A stretch of 61,483 bases of DNA, the filler included, from Bipalium vagum (taxonomy: Eukaryota): assembly GCA_037834085.1 (NCBI GenBank). It is 3 parts of 3 records of this genome, joined end to end, with 100 filler letters (N's around TTAATTAATTAA, not from the genome) between each part and the next. Parts side by side here need not be neighbours in the genome. Positions count along the whole stretch, not along the records: positions 1 to 19,238 come from JBBMKC010006541.1; 2 more parts are not named here. One strand, written 5' to 3'. Below, in pieces: positions 1-12,650 of this stretch. Made by a program: the position numbers and the translations under genes. Position 1 is the first letter of the stretch, and each line of letters starts with the position of its first letter. The notes under the pieces were generated by a model. The model saw only the letters and a list, made by a program, of their open reading frames with translations, ran no database searches and was not told the DNA's origin.

Positions 1-1939
1 ATATATTTGTTTTAATACTATTTTTAACGCGCTTTAATTAAAAATATGTCCGACATATTAAAAGTTAGTTATTAATAGTAACATTTTTACAATAACAATT
101 ATTATTATAAAATATTAATTATAATAATAAATTTAATTTGTACCGTATTTTATGGAAAATGTCATTTTTGCTTAAAATAAGGCCTATTCATTATTCCATT
201 GAAAATTTAAGTGAGCATGCATATTTCTTTTCTTGGTAAAAAGATAAAATTTTCCGTGCTCTCCTTTAATAAAAGTTCATTGAATCAGTTTCTGAATCAA
301 TCATTGAACCAAACTTGGCTATGACAAAATATTCTTTCACCATTGTTTTGAAATAAAACTCTTTGCAAATTATTATTTTTATCAAATTCATAATAAACGA
401 TAAACCTTATCTTTCTTTACAAATAAATGCGCAAAAGTAATTAAACATGTCAAACAACAAGAAGGAAAATCAATTTCAAGCAATAAAATAAATGATATGT
501 GGAAAAATTATTTTAAACCAGGTTCTCTTTTGCAGTGACTTTTAACAAAACTGGTATATACATGATATACAATAAATATAGAACTTGGTGAGTTCTTCAC
601 AAGAAAAATAAAGACAATCAAACAAAAAGAACCAATTCTAAAGAAAACTATCGTTCAGTATATAAAAAGAAAATTCAGATGTTTTAAATGTTCGTCTATG
701 AACGTACAGTCTTTAGATAAAAGTTATTATTCATTCTTTTGGTTCTAAGACTTAATTATTCTAAAGAAATTTTAATCATCCTCCATGTGTCCACACTATT
801 TGGTGAATCGATTTAATAATTATCTCATTCTTGAAAGAAGCCTTTCAAACAATAATAATTATTATTATTATAAATAATTTAATTAACTGCAATTCTTGAA
901 TCAATTATTTCCTTTTTATTTATCACTCCTTAATTTAAAATTTTTTATTTCACAAGTTTTGTAAGAATAGAACCAATTTTTATCTGAAGATTAGTGAGAT
1001 AGTTTGGAGTAACTCCTTTATCTTGAATCAATTTTGTGTTGTTCATTTGGGTATTAAGAAGAATATAGTTTCTTTATTTTTAAATAGTGTCTGAATAGCT
1101 TCATACTTTTCATTTGTAAAAAAAACAACGTCAATTAATTACTTGTGATACAATTATTGTAACTGTTATTGATCGTACTTTTTGAATTAAGTTAACTGAT
1201 ATCCCCTTTTAAGAACTCAATATGGACTATTTCTATCAAATAATATAATTATTTGTTCTGTATAGATAGAACGACATATTGATATATATTAATCAATGTA
1301 TTATTATATTTTTATTATTGAAATACATTTTTATTATTATTATTATTATTATTATTTATTATTTTTATTTTTATTTTTATTGAAATAAAATATTATTATT
1401 AATTAGAATGAAAGTAGTTAAATTTAAACTGATATTAAATCTTCAGTGGTTGAATAAACAATGTGAAATTAATATGATCATGTTAGATTTCATAAAAAGA
1501 ATATAATAATAACTAAAAATTCTTATTTTTACTTCTGTGATCGGAAGACTATGAGATATTGATTAATTTTTCAAGTACCGTTAGATTTAGCAATGAAATT
1601 GGTGGCAAAGTTATTTGCAGTTGAATTAGACAGGTTTTTCTGTTGACTGCACAAGGACCTATGAGAATTGTAATGATCAGGTTTCGAACTTTGATTTAAT
1701 TTTTAATATGAAATATTGAAAATCTCTTATCCTTATATCATTATATATTTTATCGTAACCTCTATAAGCAAAAGTAATTCGAAATTCAATATATATACAA
1801 TATATTCATTTTAATTGGCTGTACTTAATCAATATTTAATTTCCAATCAATATTAGAAAATGGAAAGTTCAAAGTTCTAATTGTTTACTATATTTATATT
1901 TTTACAATTGCATGTTTGTAATTGACAACAACTAACAAA

Positions 1940-2210
1940 ATGAACTTCCCAATTACAATAAATCCATTAATAGAAGCTGATACAATGAACGTCATATCCT
2001 TTTTCAGACAAAATGGTATAATGAAATCCAGGGATTTTTTTGATTTATGTTCCAAAATCAAGTCCACTCAGAGGAAACAAAGATGAAGTAGCCTGGCGAT
2101 TTCTAAATCACGAATGCAGGAATTTCAAAAAATATTTTTCATCAACAGAATCAGTATGTTCTCGGAATTTACAATATCCCTCAATAAATGTTTACATTTA
2201 TTATAAGTGG
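1940..2210 (+). mobile_element. Merlin (IS1595/ISXO2-like) transposase relic, N-terminal zinc-finger region
   Basis: Frameshifted translation SFFRQNGIMKS..DLCSK / NKDEVAWRFLNHECRNFKKYFS / RISMFSEFTISLNKCLHLL*KW matches the Merlin N-terminal pattern FxxxGxx..C..DxxAWRC..C..K.xSIRxxSxF..LxxW. Confidence 0.7.
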
Positions 2211-2939
2211 AATGAATAACTATCATTTTCATTTTTGATAAATTTTTTTTCTGGCTATTTTATTTAATAAATTAATTATTTTTATTAATATTTTAATATT
2301 AGTGTACATATTTATTATTATTATTAATTAACTTAACATTGACTATTTTTATTCAACAATTAACACTAAATATCCATTACTGTAAATAATATTATTTATT
2401 GACCAATGAGAAAATATAAATATTTCAGGCGCTAAAATAGATTTTTTAACTTTAATGTTTAAGACGAAGATTATTATTAAGAATAAGGAAAAATGAATAA
2501 CCTAAGAACATATTTCACTAATTTACGTTATTGTTTAATTGAGGTGTTTTCTCTCTTCTTTTCTATGGTTTCAGCTGTAATTCTAAATATTTCAAATATT
2601 ACAACAAAATACAATAAATAAAATTTATTTTTAAAAAGTTTAAAGCACGCGCTTCGGATCTATTGTTATGATAAATCTTTTGATATGGTTTTATACTTTC
2701 GGTTTGAAACGATTTTTGTTGTATTCATTATTTGTATTTCAATAAACAAAATAATATTAAGAACTTTATAACATTAAAAATCTTCGGAAAATTCATTATA
2801 AATATGCTAAAGTTCAACTAATAATTTAAATAAGTTAAGAAATTTTATTAAATATTTAATATAAGTACACAATTATAAATACTATTATAATTTTTTATTA
2901 CTTAATTATTTTAATTTATAATAGTATAAAATTTTAATA

Positions 2940-3330
2940 AATGTTTGCTTTGTTAATGCTTTCTTTCCTGATCCGCTTTTTAACTTACTGTATACTCTAC
3001 CTTCATTTAAATATACCTAAAATACCTTTAAATATGTAGTTTTTCAATGTACTTTTATTACATCATAGACTGTTGTTAATTTGATGTTCAAAACATCAGG
3101 CATTTCTTTTTTGGTATGGTCGTTAAGATACGAATCGATTATTCGTTTTCTATCTTCATTTGAGAGGATGGGATAATGTTTACAATTATTCAAAAAATTT
3201 TAAAAACGTATTTAATTATTCATTTAAACGAATTTCAAATTGATTCCATAAATTCAAAATTGATTTTCATACTTTCAAATGTAGCTTCACAAATTCAAAA
3301 TGAAGGTACATATATTCAAAATAAGAGTAA
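2940..3330 (-). mobile_element. IS630/Tc1-like element 5' fragment (subterminal repeats plus HTH)
   Basis: LSNEDRKRIIDSYLNDHTKKEMPDVLNIKLTTVYDVIK|VYLNEGRVYSKLKSGSGKKALT (HTH and GGxRxxxLT-like linker); ~21-nt periodic TTCAAAA repeats at ~3235-3325; homologous to 7255-7500 in opposite orientation. Confidence 0.8.
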
Positions 3331-5849
3331 AAAAGGATTTGAAATTTAAAAATTGTTTAAATATTTAGAATAATAAATAATAATGACAGAACGAATAAAT
3401 AATAAAACTTAAGTTTAAACCGATTGATGTTAATAATTAACACATTTTAAAATAAATATTTAACCAAGGTTATTTAATTTCCATGCGCTCGCCGATTTTA
3501 ATTTATTTACAAAAAAAGACTCTTAATAGATAAAATTGACAATAATTACGTTTTGGGAAAATCAGGAAGAACTTTTAAATAGACCGATAGCTTCACCTAT
3601 ACACACGTATATAATTTAATTTGTTTATATTTTTATTGATATATTCAATATTAAAAATATCTTCAATTTTATTTTAATAATTATTAGAAACTTTATCTAA
3701 TTAAATCTTCCAATTATCAGAAAATTTAATTTCCAAAGAAAAACCATTCTATTAAAAAAATTTTAATTTCAACCTTGAGTTCAGTCACACAGTTTTATGT
3801 TATAAGTGGCTTTATGAAATTGAATAGAGATTTTCTCAAATATTATTTAATTGAGAGAAATTAAATAGAAAATTTTAATTTCAGTTATCATTAAATGTGA
3901 ATAACAGATTTAATTAACATTATTTCAATCAAATTTTGCTTGAAAGAGTACGCGAATCTTTGATTTTCAATAATCTGTATTATTTATAAAAAATGAAAAA
4001 ATAATTGCGAGAAAAATTGTTTTAAACAAAACTTTTTAGTTTTTATTTTCAAAGTTTTTAATGATAATGAAATTTTAGTGAACGTCCATTAATATTAATT
4101 TTTGATACAAATATAAATTTAAAAAAATACCCAAGCAATCTCTAAATTCGTAAAAATTTAATTAATAATTAATTTAATTTATTGTTAAGTTCCCAAAATT
4201 GACTGAGTTACAGTTACAAATATCGATAACGGGCTTCTAGGTTACTTAACATAAACGTATATGACTATCAGAAGGACTTATGAAGTGTAATTTGGAACCG
4301 TAAATAAAATATGATAAATGAAAACAGATTGAATCGAATACAAATATTTTCATTTGTAAAAATGTGATTTTACAAGAGAAGTATAAATGACAATCCTTAA
4401 ATCCTTACACAGTTATCCTGTAACATGTGGCAAGGCCCTAAGATGATTTACCAACCCTAACTGTTGTGTAAATCACAAAGAGAAACATGGAAAATGCGAA
4501 AACAAAAATAGAGGCAATTATATGGCTAGTGATTACCAGAGACATTTTCAGAGTTTAAATTAACTTAGATTTATCTGTGTAGACTGTATCAGTTTACCAG
4601 AAATTATTAAATAATATGGATATTAAATAATAATAATTATTAACAATAATAAATAAAATTTACTGTGCACAAAATTATATCAAAAACTATTGGAATGAAT
4701 TGAGAATTCGAACTCGGTAATTATCGTCGTCTTGTATGGCTGAGAAATTGTTCAATTGATACGAATACTTGGTGCTTGGATTTGACTTAACTTCCTTACA
4801 ACTAGTTGATAAATTTGAATTGTGATTTTAAATTTGAAATCGTTGTCCTTTTGAAAATTGCAGTTCTTGCTCTTATATAGATTTACGATTTGTTGATGAT
4901 ATCGAATTATGGTAAACCGAATTGATGTCAGACGTCTGCTTATTGGAATTTTAATTATTCTGTTTCAAGACTTTTGCGTGTATTTTTGCAATTTTCAGTT
5001 TACCTTTTATATGATATTTTTCACGTCAGTTTTTTTAGATTTTAATTTATTCCTTTTTAAATTTTCTTTATCATAACTCTTTCCTTATTTATATTTGTGT
5101 TATGTATTTTTAATCATGTTACTATTTTTAGAAACTTGGTTTTTTTTTAATTTTAGTTTTTAATGTAGAATTACTTATTTTCTATATATTTCTTTTATTA
5201 ACAATAACAACAATGGTAACAATAATAATAATTATTATTATTATTTGTTAGGTCTTAATTTTTTATTTTATCTTTCAGGATTCTTATTTTTACAATTGAA
5301 TTCAGATAAAAGAATATACTTTTATTGAAATCAAATCAAAATCAAAAATTGTCAAATTGTTTTTAATGTCAAATTTTTCAATTTCTCTTGAGTCTCCACA
5401 GTATAATCGATACTAATATGATTTTTGACGAAAATAAAGTTTTAATTAAAAGTAACTGAGATTTTTAATTCAGAATTATAATGAAAACTTGAAAGCCATG
5501 AAAGAATAGATTATTTTCAAAAAGCTCGAGGTTCATCTCAATAAGAATTTTTTAATAACAACATTCAGATAACTGATATTTTTTATAAAAATATTTATAC
5601 ATATTAATAAAAATGTTCTTTTCAAATTTATTGAACTTTATTTTTGTTTTGATAAACAAATAACCAGATAAACAAATAAAAAATAATTGTTAAGTCATAA
5701 GCGCAAATTATTAAGGTACTTTCCTATTACCTGCAATGGTAAAATAAAATAATAGTTTAGGAGATAAAATCTTTCGTTTAAGAAACACTTGGGGAAATTA
5801 TTTAGACAAGTTTATCAAATATATCGGCTTTTCTTAAATATGTATCTAG

Positions 5850-6830
5850 AAAAACGAATATTATGGAATAACTAAAAATACATATATTGTTAGTTATTTC
5901 CATGATTCCATTAAGAAATAACATTAAGAAACCTACAAGTAATATTGTCATGTGTTTAATCATGTTCAATTTACTTCCATTGATGAAACCGACATTTCTT
6001 AATTTCAATCTATAAATTTTTTTGTGATCAAGTCAAATGTCTCATATACTAAATCTTTAAGAAACTAAAATATACTTTTTATTAAGGACATACCCGGACT
6101 GAGATGACCAAACTAGTACTTCAATGTTTTTATCATTAAACTTTTTTTGTGACTGGCGTTATCTTGTTTTAGTATAAAATTGCTTTTATATTTGACCGTT
6201 GCAATTTGAAGTACATTTTTAATAATATCTATATATTTTACAGAATTTATGGTTACCCTCAATCCATTCGGATACAAAATGTCATTTTGGAAAAAGAAAT
6301 GTATCACGTAATGGAACATCTTTTGTGTTGACGTAGTTGATTAATGCAGTCACTATTTTCATCATACAGCTCCCAGAAAAGACAATTGTAGGTACATCCA
6401 AAGAAAATTTTTCCTTATCCTTAAAAATACCTTGTCAAATGTTATCTTATCTCAAAACCGTTTCTTTATTGAACTACCCTATTGAGTTTTTGACCCCTTG
6501 TTAATTTCAGCTTTCTTTTCGTAGATCGTATAATGAAGGCATTTAATTTAATTTAGGCATTCTAAAACAATTAATAAAAATAGTATATCCGGCAAATTTT
6601 GATGGATTTTGCTTGATATAACATGTTGTTTGGTTTTTTCAACTTTTTATTGTTCTCTTTATCTGTAAACGAAATTATTTTATCACAAATACTTTTAGAA
6701 CCTCTCTTGTTCAGTTTATTGCCTTCCTTAATGGAATAAATTTACGTTCCCGATACTTCAAGAATTTTACACAACTGTGTAACAATTTACCCATCTTTCA
6801 ATTTATTTGAAATTAAATTTTAAATTTCTA
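5850..6830 (-). mobile_element. Tc1-family (DD34E) transposase pseudogene, near full length
   Basis: Motifs in order: VFLxDKEKFSLDVP (VIFSDEKKFNLDGP), INSVKYIDII, FILKQDNASHK, NIEVLVWSSQS; many stops and frameshifts; ORF 6113-6319 covers part. Confidence 0.85.
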
Positions 6831-7254
6831 GCCAAAATGTACTTCTCGTGCTTAAAATGAAATCATCAATGAATTAAAATAATAAGCAACAACATTTCTT
6901 TTTAAAAATTTTCCAAAAAATTTGACAAAAAATAATTATTTAAAAAATTATGTTACCTTATAATAACTTGTATTTAAGGGAAGTCTTATTTAAATAACAA
7001 TTATAGGAAAAAAATAAAACCATGCTCACTAAATTTTCAAAAAAAAAGATTCCATAATATTAGGTATTATTTAATATTTTTTATAAGTATAATAAAATAA
7101 AATATAAATAAAATATTCAATAAATTTGAAAAGGACTATAATAGGTGAGATCTATTAAAGTAATTCTAATTTAAAGTTGTAACGAGAGAAAAGATTTTTA
7201 ATTTTCAGAAAATATATTAATATTATAACCAATAGATATAGAAATTTTACTTAC

Positions 7255-7850
7255 ATTTAGAATATGTGAAGCTACATTTTGAAAGTAGGAAAATCAATTT
7301 TAAAATTGTTTAAATGCATAATTAAATACTTTTTGTAATTTTTTTTATTGAATAATTTAAACATTCTCCCATACTCTCGATTCTTATCTTAACGGCCATA
7401 CCAAAAAAGAAATATCTGATGTTTTAAATAACAAATTAACAACAGTTTATGCTCTAATAAAGGTATATATTCAAAATTACATATTTAAAGGCATATTTAA
7501 ATTATTGAAAGTCATTTGTTATTCTTACTTCCACCATATTCACTGTTTCTTAACCCCTGCAAAAATATGTTTGCAAAGTGGAAAATAGCATCAGATAATC
7601 GTGTCCATCTGATGAAGAAACTTTAATTAAGCTTTTAAATAATATTGGTATCTTTATATAGCCAAGGGTTTGTGCATCATATTCTCGTCAAATGATAAGT
7701 TTTATACCAAGATGTATTAATAAGAAAGCCATTTCAGATGAATAAAAATTTTAATCTTTTATGAATAAAATTTGTATTATAATTTATTTCAAAATGTGTT
7801 TTTATAATTTCAGAATTGATTTTCCTGAAGGTGTAAATTTTCAAAATATA
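7255..7850 (+). mobile_element. Internally deleted IS630/Tc1-like (DD34E, LPPYSPFLNPIE type) element with both ends
   Basis: HTH DSYLNGHTKKEISDVLNNKLTTVYALIK joined to LPPYSLFLNPCKNMFAKWK and CASYSRQMISFIPRCINKKAI; inverted end motifs aggaaaatcaattttaaaa (~7288) and ttcagaattgattttcct (~7809). Confidence 0.85.
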
Positions 7851-8094
7851 AGGACAAACCCTGTAAAATACATGTTTCTATGAATTTATCGATCCTAAAA
7901 TTTTTGTGTTTCTTTACTTGTATATTATATTTGGATCTATTAAATATGACGACAAGAAAACATATCAATTAAATCTAACGGCATTATTACAAATCAATTA
8001 AATCTGACGATATGTTTAAAATCAAATTAAAAAAAATACAAATACAAATACAAAAAAATATATAAATTCACAGAATACATATATTATTTAACAA

Positions 8095-8440
8095 TCCACT
8101 CGAATCAATTCCAAAATCTTTTCAAATACCAACCTCTGGAATTGATCTATAAACATAAATTCTTGCAAGAAGGTTTCTCTTCTATCTGCATCTATACGGA
8201 AAACATCTTTAATAATGGATAATTTTGTTATTATAACTCTCTACATGCTGAGTGTGAACGTCTGTTACCAGATCCACAAAGTTATTTTCATAACAGACTG
8301 TTTTTTAATTATATATTTCGGTTTTGGTTATACTTTCGTATGCTTTGGCTTCATCAGTATGGATAATACTGACTGGATGACAATAATGATTTGATAATGA
8401 TAATTTTTGGCTGACTAAAATGCGATCAAATTCAAATAGA
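8095..8440 (-). mobile_element. Merlin transposase relic, catalytic/C-terminal part
   Basis: PVSIIHTDEAKAYES..KTVCYENNFVDLVTDVHTQHVESYNNKI..FLQEFMF..FEKILELI, diagnostic of Merlin/ISXO2 DDE domains. Confidence 0.9.
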
Positions 8441-8542
8441 AACAGTCTAATATTTTTTCTGAATATTTTTCTATATATTTCTGCATAAGCATGTAATTAA
8501 GTTTTTTATTAATTATCAGTTTAATATGGCGCTCTTTTAAAC

Positions 8543-9000
8543 GGAGAAATCAAAATGAACATTTTAGACAGTTTTATATTATTTCAAAAAGGTAAATGTG
8601 CTTAAGAATTTTTAGAGAAATGTGTAAAGCTTATCGGAAACACGGTAACAGAATATATTTTTTAGATTTGAAGTAGAAAATTTCGTTTTGGAAATTTTTC
8701 CTTTCGAGATGTATCACGTTCTCATAATCTAGTTAGAATTATTGAAAATCAATAATGGTCAAGTTTGAAACTGATAGGCATGCTACCGTTCATGAGATTG
8801 CAACAAAGTAGACTTCAGTCAGAACAACTATTGGTTCTATCATCTGAGAAACCTTGTTATTCCAAAAATCTTGGATTTCACGCAAAATAATGAAAATTAA
8901 GTTAAAGGAATCAACATTTTCAACATGCTTCTTAAACATAATCAAAACAATCGATTTTTGAAGAACCTAATTACAGGTGACGAAAAACATTTTTACAATA
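8543..9000 (+). mobile_element. mariner transposase relic, N-terminal half (mellifera-like)
   Basis: NQNEHFR.., RKFRFGNFSFRDVSRS, ETDRHATVHEIA, MLLKHNQNNRFLKNLITGDEK. Confidence 0.85.
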
Positions 9001-9214
9001 AAATTCAACCATTACTATCCTTATCTCTGTATAAAAATTCTGATTGGAAAATCTTTTAACTCTACCGATCTTATAAAACATATCTGCAAGATTTTTTGTG
9101 GAAATAGTAAAGTAATTTACAATAATAAAACTACCTGAAAGATAGTAAATTGTAAAGACTTCAATGAATTGATTATGAATCCAATCAATCCAATATCTTG
9201 GACTTGACACAAGA

Positions 9215-9696
9215 TTTTGCAACAAAGGAAGCTGGCTGATCAGGATCCACCCACGAATGTCTGTGCCTAGAATTATCTTAAGCGATTCTTTTTTCATCTT
9301 CAGTGACAATTTTCCACAATTTTTTTCTGTTTCTAACGAGAAACGATGTACATATTGTTAACTGGCACCCAATATTCAAGCTTCTGCATTTTTTGAATTT
9401 CGTGTAATCGTCTGCTAACAGTTAGTTGCCTTCCAGCTGTTTGGTGAGTAGTACTTGTGTTTGAGAAGTATTCTCACTCAGCAGTGTATCCAAGTTTTCA
9501 AATTCTAATCTTCAATGAGGTTGCACGCGTGCTCGATCAGTGACATCAAAATTCCCTTCTATTAATCTACAGAACCAAAATTTTCAAGTGTTGTGGAAAA
9601 CTACATTCTTCCAGAGAGTAAGACATATCAATTTAAAGCCTCGCAGCTGAACCTTATATCTCATGCAGTTTCGAAAGTATGTTTTTCGTCACTCAT
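9215..9696 (-). mobile_element. mariner transposase relic, N-terminal half (mauritiana/Mos1-like)
   Basis: FWFCRLIEGNFDVTD, LDTLLSENTSQTQ, VSRRLHEIQKMQKLEYWVP, LWKIVTEDEK, DNSRHRHSWVDPDQP. Confidence 0.85.
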
Positions 9697-10659
9697 TTTT
9701 TAACGATATTTTTGATATTATACAAGAAACTAAAAAATAATGATCACTAAAATAAACGTTTCATAAAACTTAATATCGAAATTATCGAAATACAATTCGG
9801 ATTAGATTATTATTTGGTCAAGTTAAACAAGTTTATTAAACAAGGAATATCTGATTTTTATGAATAATTTACATGAAGAACCAAGGGCAGTATAATTATT
9901 ACTTAAACATTTTAATTTTGTAGAAGATTAGAAGAAGAAAGTGAACTTTTGAAATATTATCAAAGATTAAAATGAAAATAATATAGCGGATAAAGTTATG
10001 AATGATAGCAATCTGAAGCATTATCATATCTTAAAAATCTTGAAATGTGACTTATTCAAAACTGTTCAAATAAGCATAATCTTATAAAATTTCAGATGAC
10101 AGATGTAATGAAGAAATCTAAAGAAATAATTTTTTAGTTTTTTCCAAGAAAGGTGAAAATTTAATTAAACAAAGTTGTTTGTTTTTAATATTTTTTAGTT
10201 GTTATTTTCTCTGCGTATGTTCAACATTTTTTGATCAAGAGCGGAATATTGGTCTCTTCATGATCAGCTTAAACAGGTTTGACTGTATACCGAGCAAATT
10301 AATTCTAATTTAAAACAATTTTAAAAGAATTGCTTAGAATTTATAAAAGAATATGAAAGATTAAATGTATTTAATTCCACTAGGTACCGAAAAAATTTTT
10401 ATGTAAATCACAATCATTTTTAAGCAAAGGTTAATAATTAATTATTTTGTGTATGAACAACAGAATCTAGTTGATTATAGAAATTTAGAATTTATTTTAA
10501 TTTTATTTAGAATTTTTTTAACTTTTAAGTAATATATTTTCAATCAATATTTACGAATTCAATTCAATAAATTAACAATCAATGTTTGTGGCCCTAAAGA
10601 GGACTTTTTTGTCGTTCTCATGAATAGTATGATGTCTGACTACCACCTTTCTTAATACA

Positions 10660-10993
10660 TTCACTAAGCCTTTCAAGCATATATCAAGCATGCTGTCGAC
10701 ATTGCCTTCTTTTCGAAATTGGTCCCACCATTGTTGGATTGTCCTAATTGTTACAGGCATTCTTTTTCGACACTCCTGATGCTCATATCAGTATCCAATA
10801 ATCCAAATAGAAAGCCTTTTTGGAATTCTGATAATTGTTCCATTATTTACAGCAATAAGTGAATAAAAAGTGATATATAATCTAAATCAAATATCACAAA
10901 TATCACAACGTATTATCTATATGATTCTTCAAAATTTTTTTGAAATTCCTCAAATTTCATAATAAAAATGTACTACTTTTATTGGCCACCAGT
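10660..10993 (-). mobile_element. Tc1-like element 5' end (TIR plus HTH)
   Basis: TIR-like TACTGGTGGCCAATAAAAGTAGTACA; ATG at 10843: MEQLSEFQKGFLFGLLDTDMSIRS / VTIRTIQQWWDQFRKEGNV. Confidence 0.75.
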
Positions 10994-11866
10994 ATTATAT
11001 TATAATGAACTCATTTTAAAAAGATGCTAAAAATTCTTGTATATATTCAATTATAATTCTTAAATTTCAAAAATTCATAAAACGTTTTGGAAATTATTTA
11101 TTTCCAATGTTATCTTAAAATAGAGATTTTTTATTTAATTTTTTGTAATTATCAGCAGCATGTTATTGTGTTAAATTTAATTGATTTTAATTTATACAAT
11201 TCTAGTTATCATGTAAAATGTTTCATTTCTTGGAATTCGTTATTTTCATTAAGATTAGTTTAACTGATGGTTGTAAGTTTTTTGTTGAATTCATTCAATT
11301 TAATAAATGTGAAATAATTGTAAAGCTTCTCTTGCTTATTTCTGACATTTTTAAATTTCTTCAGCTTTACAAAAATATTTTTTTTAAAATTATTAATGTC
11401 ATTATCATCAATAAGGATTAGTGATAAATTTCTTTTAATGTTTCAATTTGTTTTAACATATAAGATGTATTTATTTATGATACGTATTATTTGAATATTT
11501 GTTAATTACATTTCCATCAATTTTGGATATTTAATTTCAAATTCTTTTTCCTACTTTCATTTTCATCAATAATATTTAACCTATTTCCATTTTATTTAAT
11601 AAATCATGAATTGACAAAATGAAACTTTGAGTTGCAGATTAATAAATATTTTTATTAAAATCACTATATAATTGTGAAATTTAATGTTCCATCTTTTAAT
11701 TTTATTGTTTTGATAAAATAACTTCCATCAACTATTCTTTCTATTAACTGTAATTTAACTTAATTTTTCCAATGTTATTTTTTCCTAATTGTAAAATTCC
11801 AAACATTAATTTTAATGGATTTCTTTTCCATAATTAAGACTAAAAGTTTTATTATTAGTAAATATT

Positions 11867-11933
11867 TTAATCAATGATGTATTGTCATTTTTTCCAAAAC
11901 CTTCTGCCATTTACCAGGTAATTTAAATATCCA
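11867..11933 (-). mobile_element. mariner C-terminal fragment
   Basis: IFKLPGKWQKVLEK-(fs)-QYIID* matches GIxKLPERWQKVVEQNGQYI. Confidence 0.7.
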
Positions 11934-12269
11934 AACCTTTTAAATGACTTAATTTCTTGAAATTAAGATTTAAAGATAGGTTTCAAAAAGCGAAGTGACT
12001 TTCTGAACAACCCAATATAAAATTGTTTTCCTTTTCTATCTTATTTATATTGAGAATCTAACCAATTTATCTCATTATTATTTTTCCTATGAAAACAAGA
12101 GAGATTTTAAATTTGGTGGACATCACTTTCAATTTTGTATACTACTTAAGATCTTAATTTTAAAATTGCATTAGAAAATATATAAAAAGTTATTCTGTCA
12201 TGTGATCTTTCGTCTGGTTTTATATTTTTAATTCAATTAAAATTAAAAATTGCAATAATAAAATGAGTG

Positions 12270-12650
12270 CTTTAAAATCGGCTAATGGCAAGTTATGAAA
12301 AATGATTTGTAACTAAAGATAAACAATAAAGATTCTACAATACCTAACCTAAAGCAGGCTTGTGACCAGAGTTTTGTTTTCACTGTGGTTAAATTGTAAA
12401 AAAGTATAATTTATTTTGAGCTTCTGTCGAGCAATAAAATCTGGCAATTATGTTCATGAAAAAGATAAACTGAAGGATATAGTGAGTTAACATCGATAAA
12501 ACAGCTTGATATTTCATATTGATAAAAGCTTGCTTTATGTAGCGTTGAATCAGCTGTTAAAGTTTCAAACTTTTAATGGGATTTTTTAAGTCATTATATA
12601 TATTCTCCTTTCAGATTACCTTCTTTTCCGGTCCTTGAAGAATAGCTAAG
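12270..12650 (+). mobile_element. mariner catalytic-domain relic
   Basis: NRLMASYEK*, PKAGL, VLFSLWLNCK, IIYFELL, LIFHIDKS, WDFLSHYIYSP..SDYLLFRSLKNS in canonical order. Confidence 0.8.

Noticed and set aside
290-1070. PIF1/Helitron helicase-like snippets on minus; RCFKC gag-like knuckle on plus
   Set aside because: Spacing wrong, diagnostic motifs (QFP, KSQG, GH..C) absent, and the strands conflict
1630-1700. LTAQGPM as a tyrosine phosphatase (or GPY/F) motif
   Set aside because: Single short motif without supporting upstream or downstream motifs
4690-4960. Frames interrupted mainly by TAA/TAG suggesting a ciliate-type code (also ~640-850 and 35735-36014)
   Set aside because: pogo, mariner and Tc1 ORFs end at TAA at the expected positions, and TGA stops and frameshifts are also common; neutral C>T decay explains it
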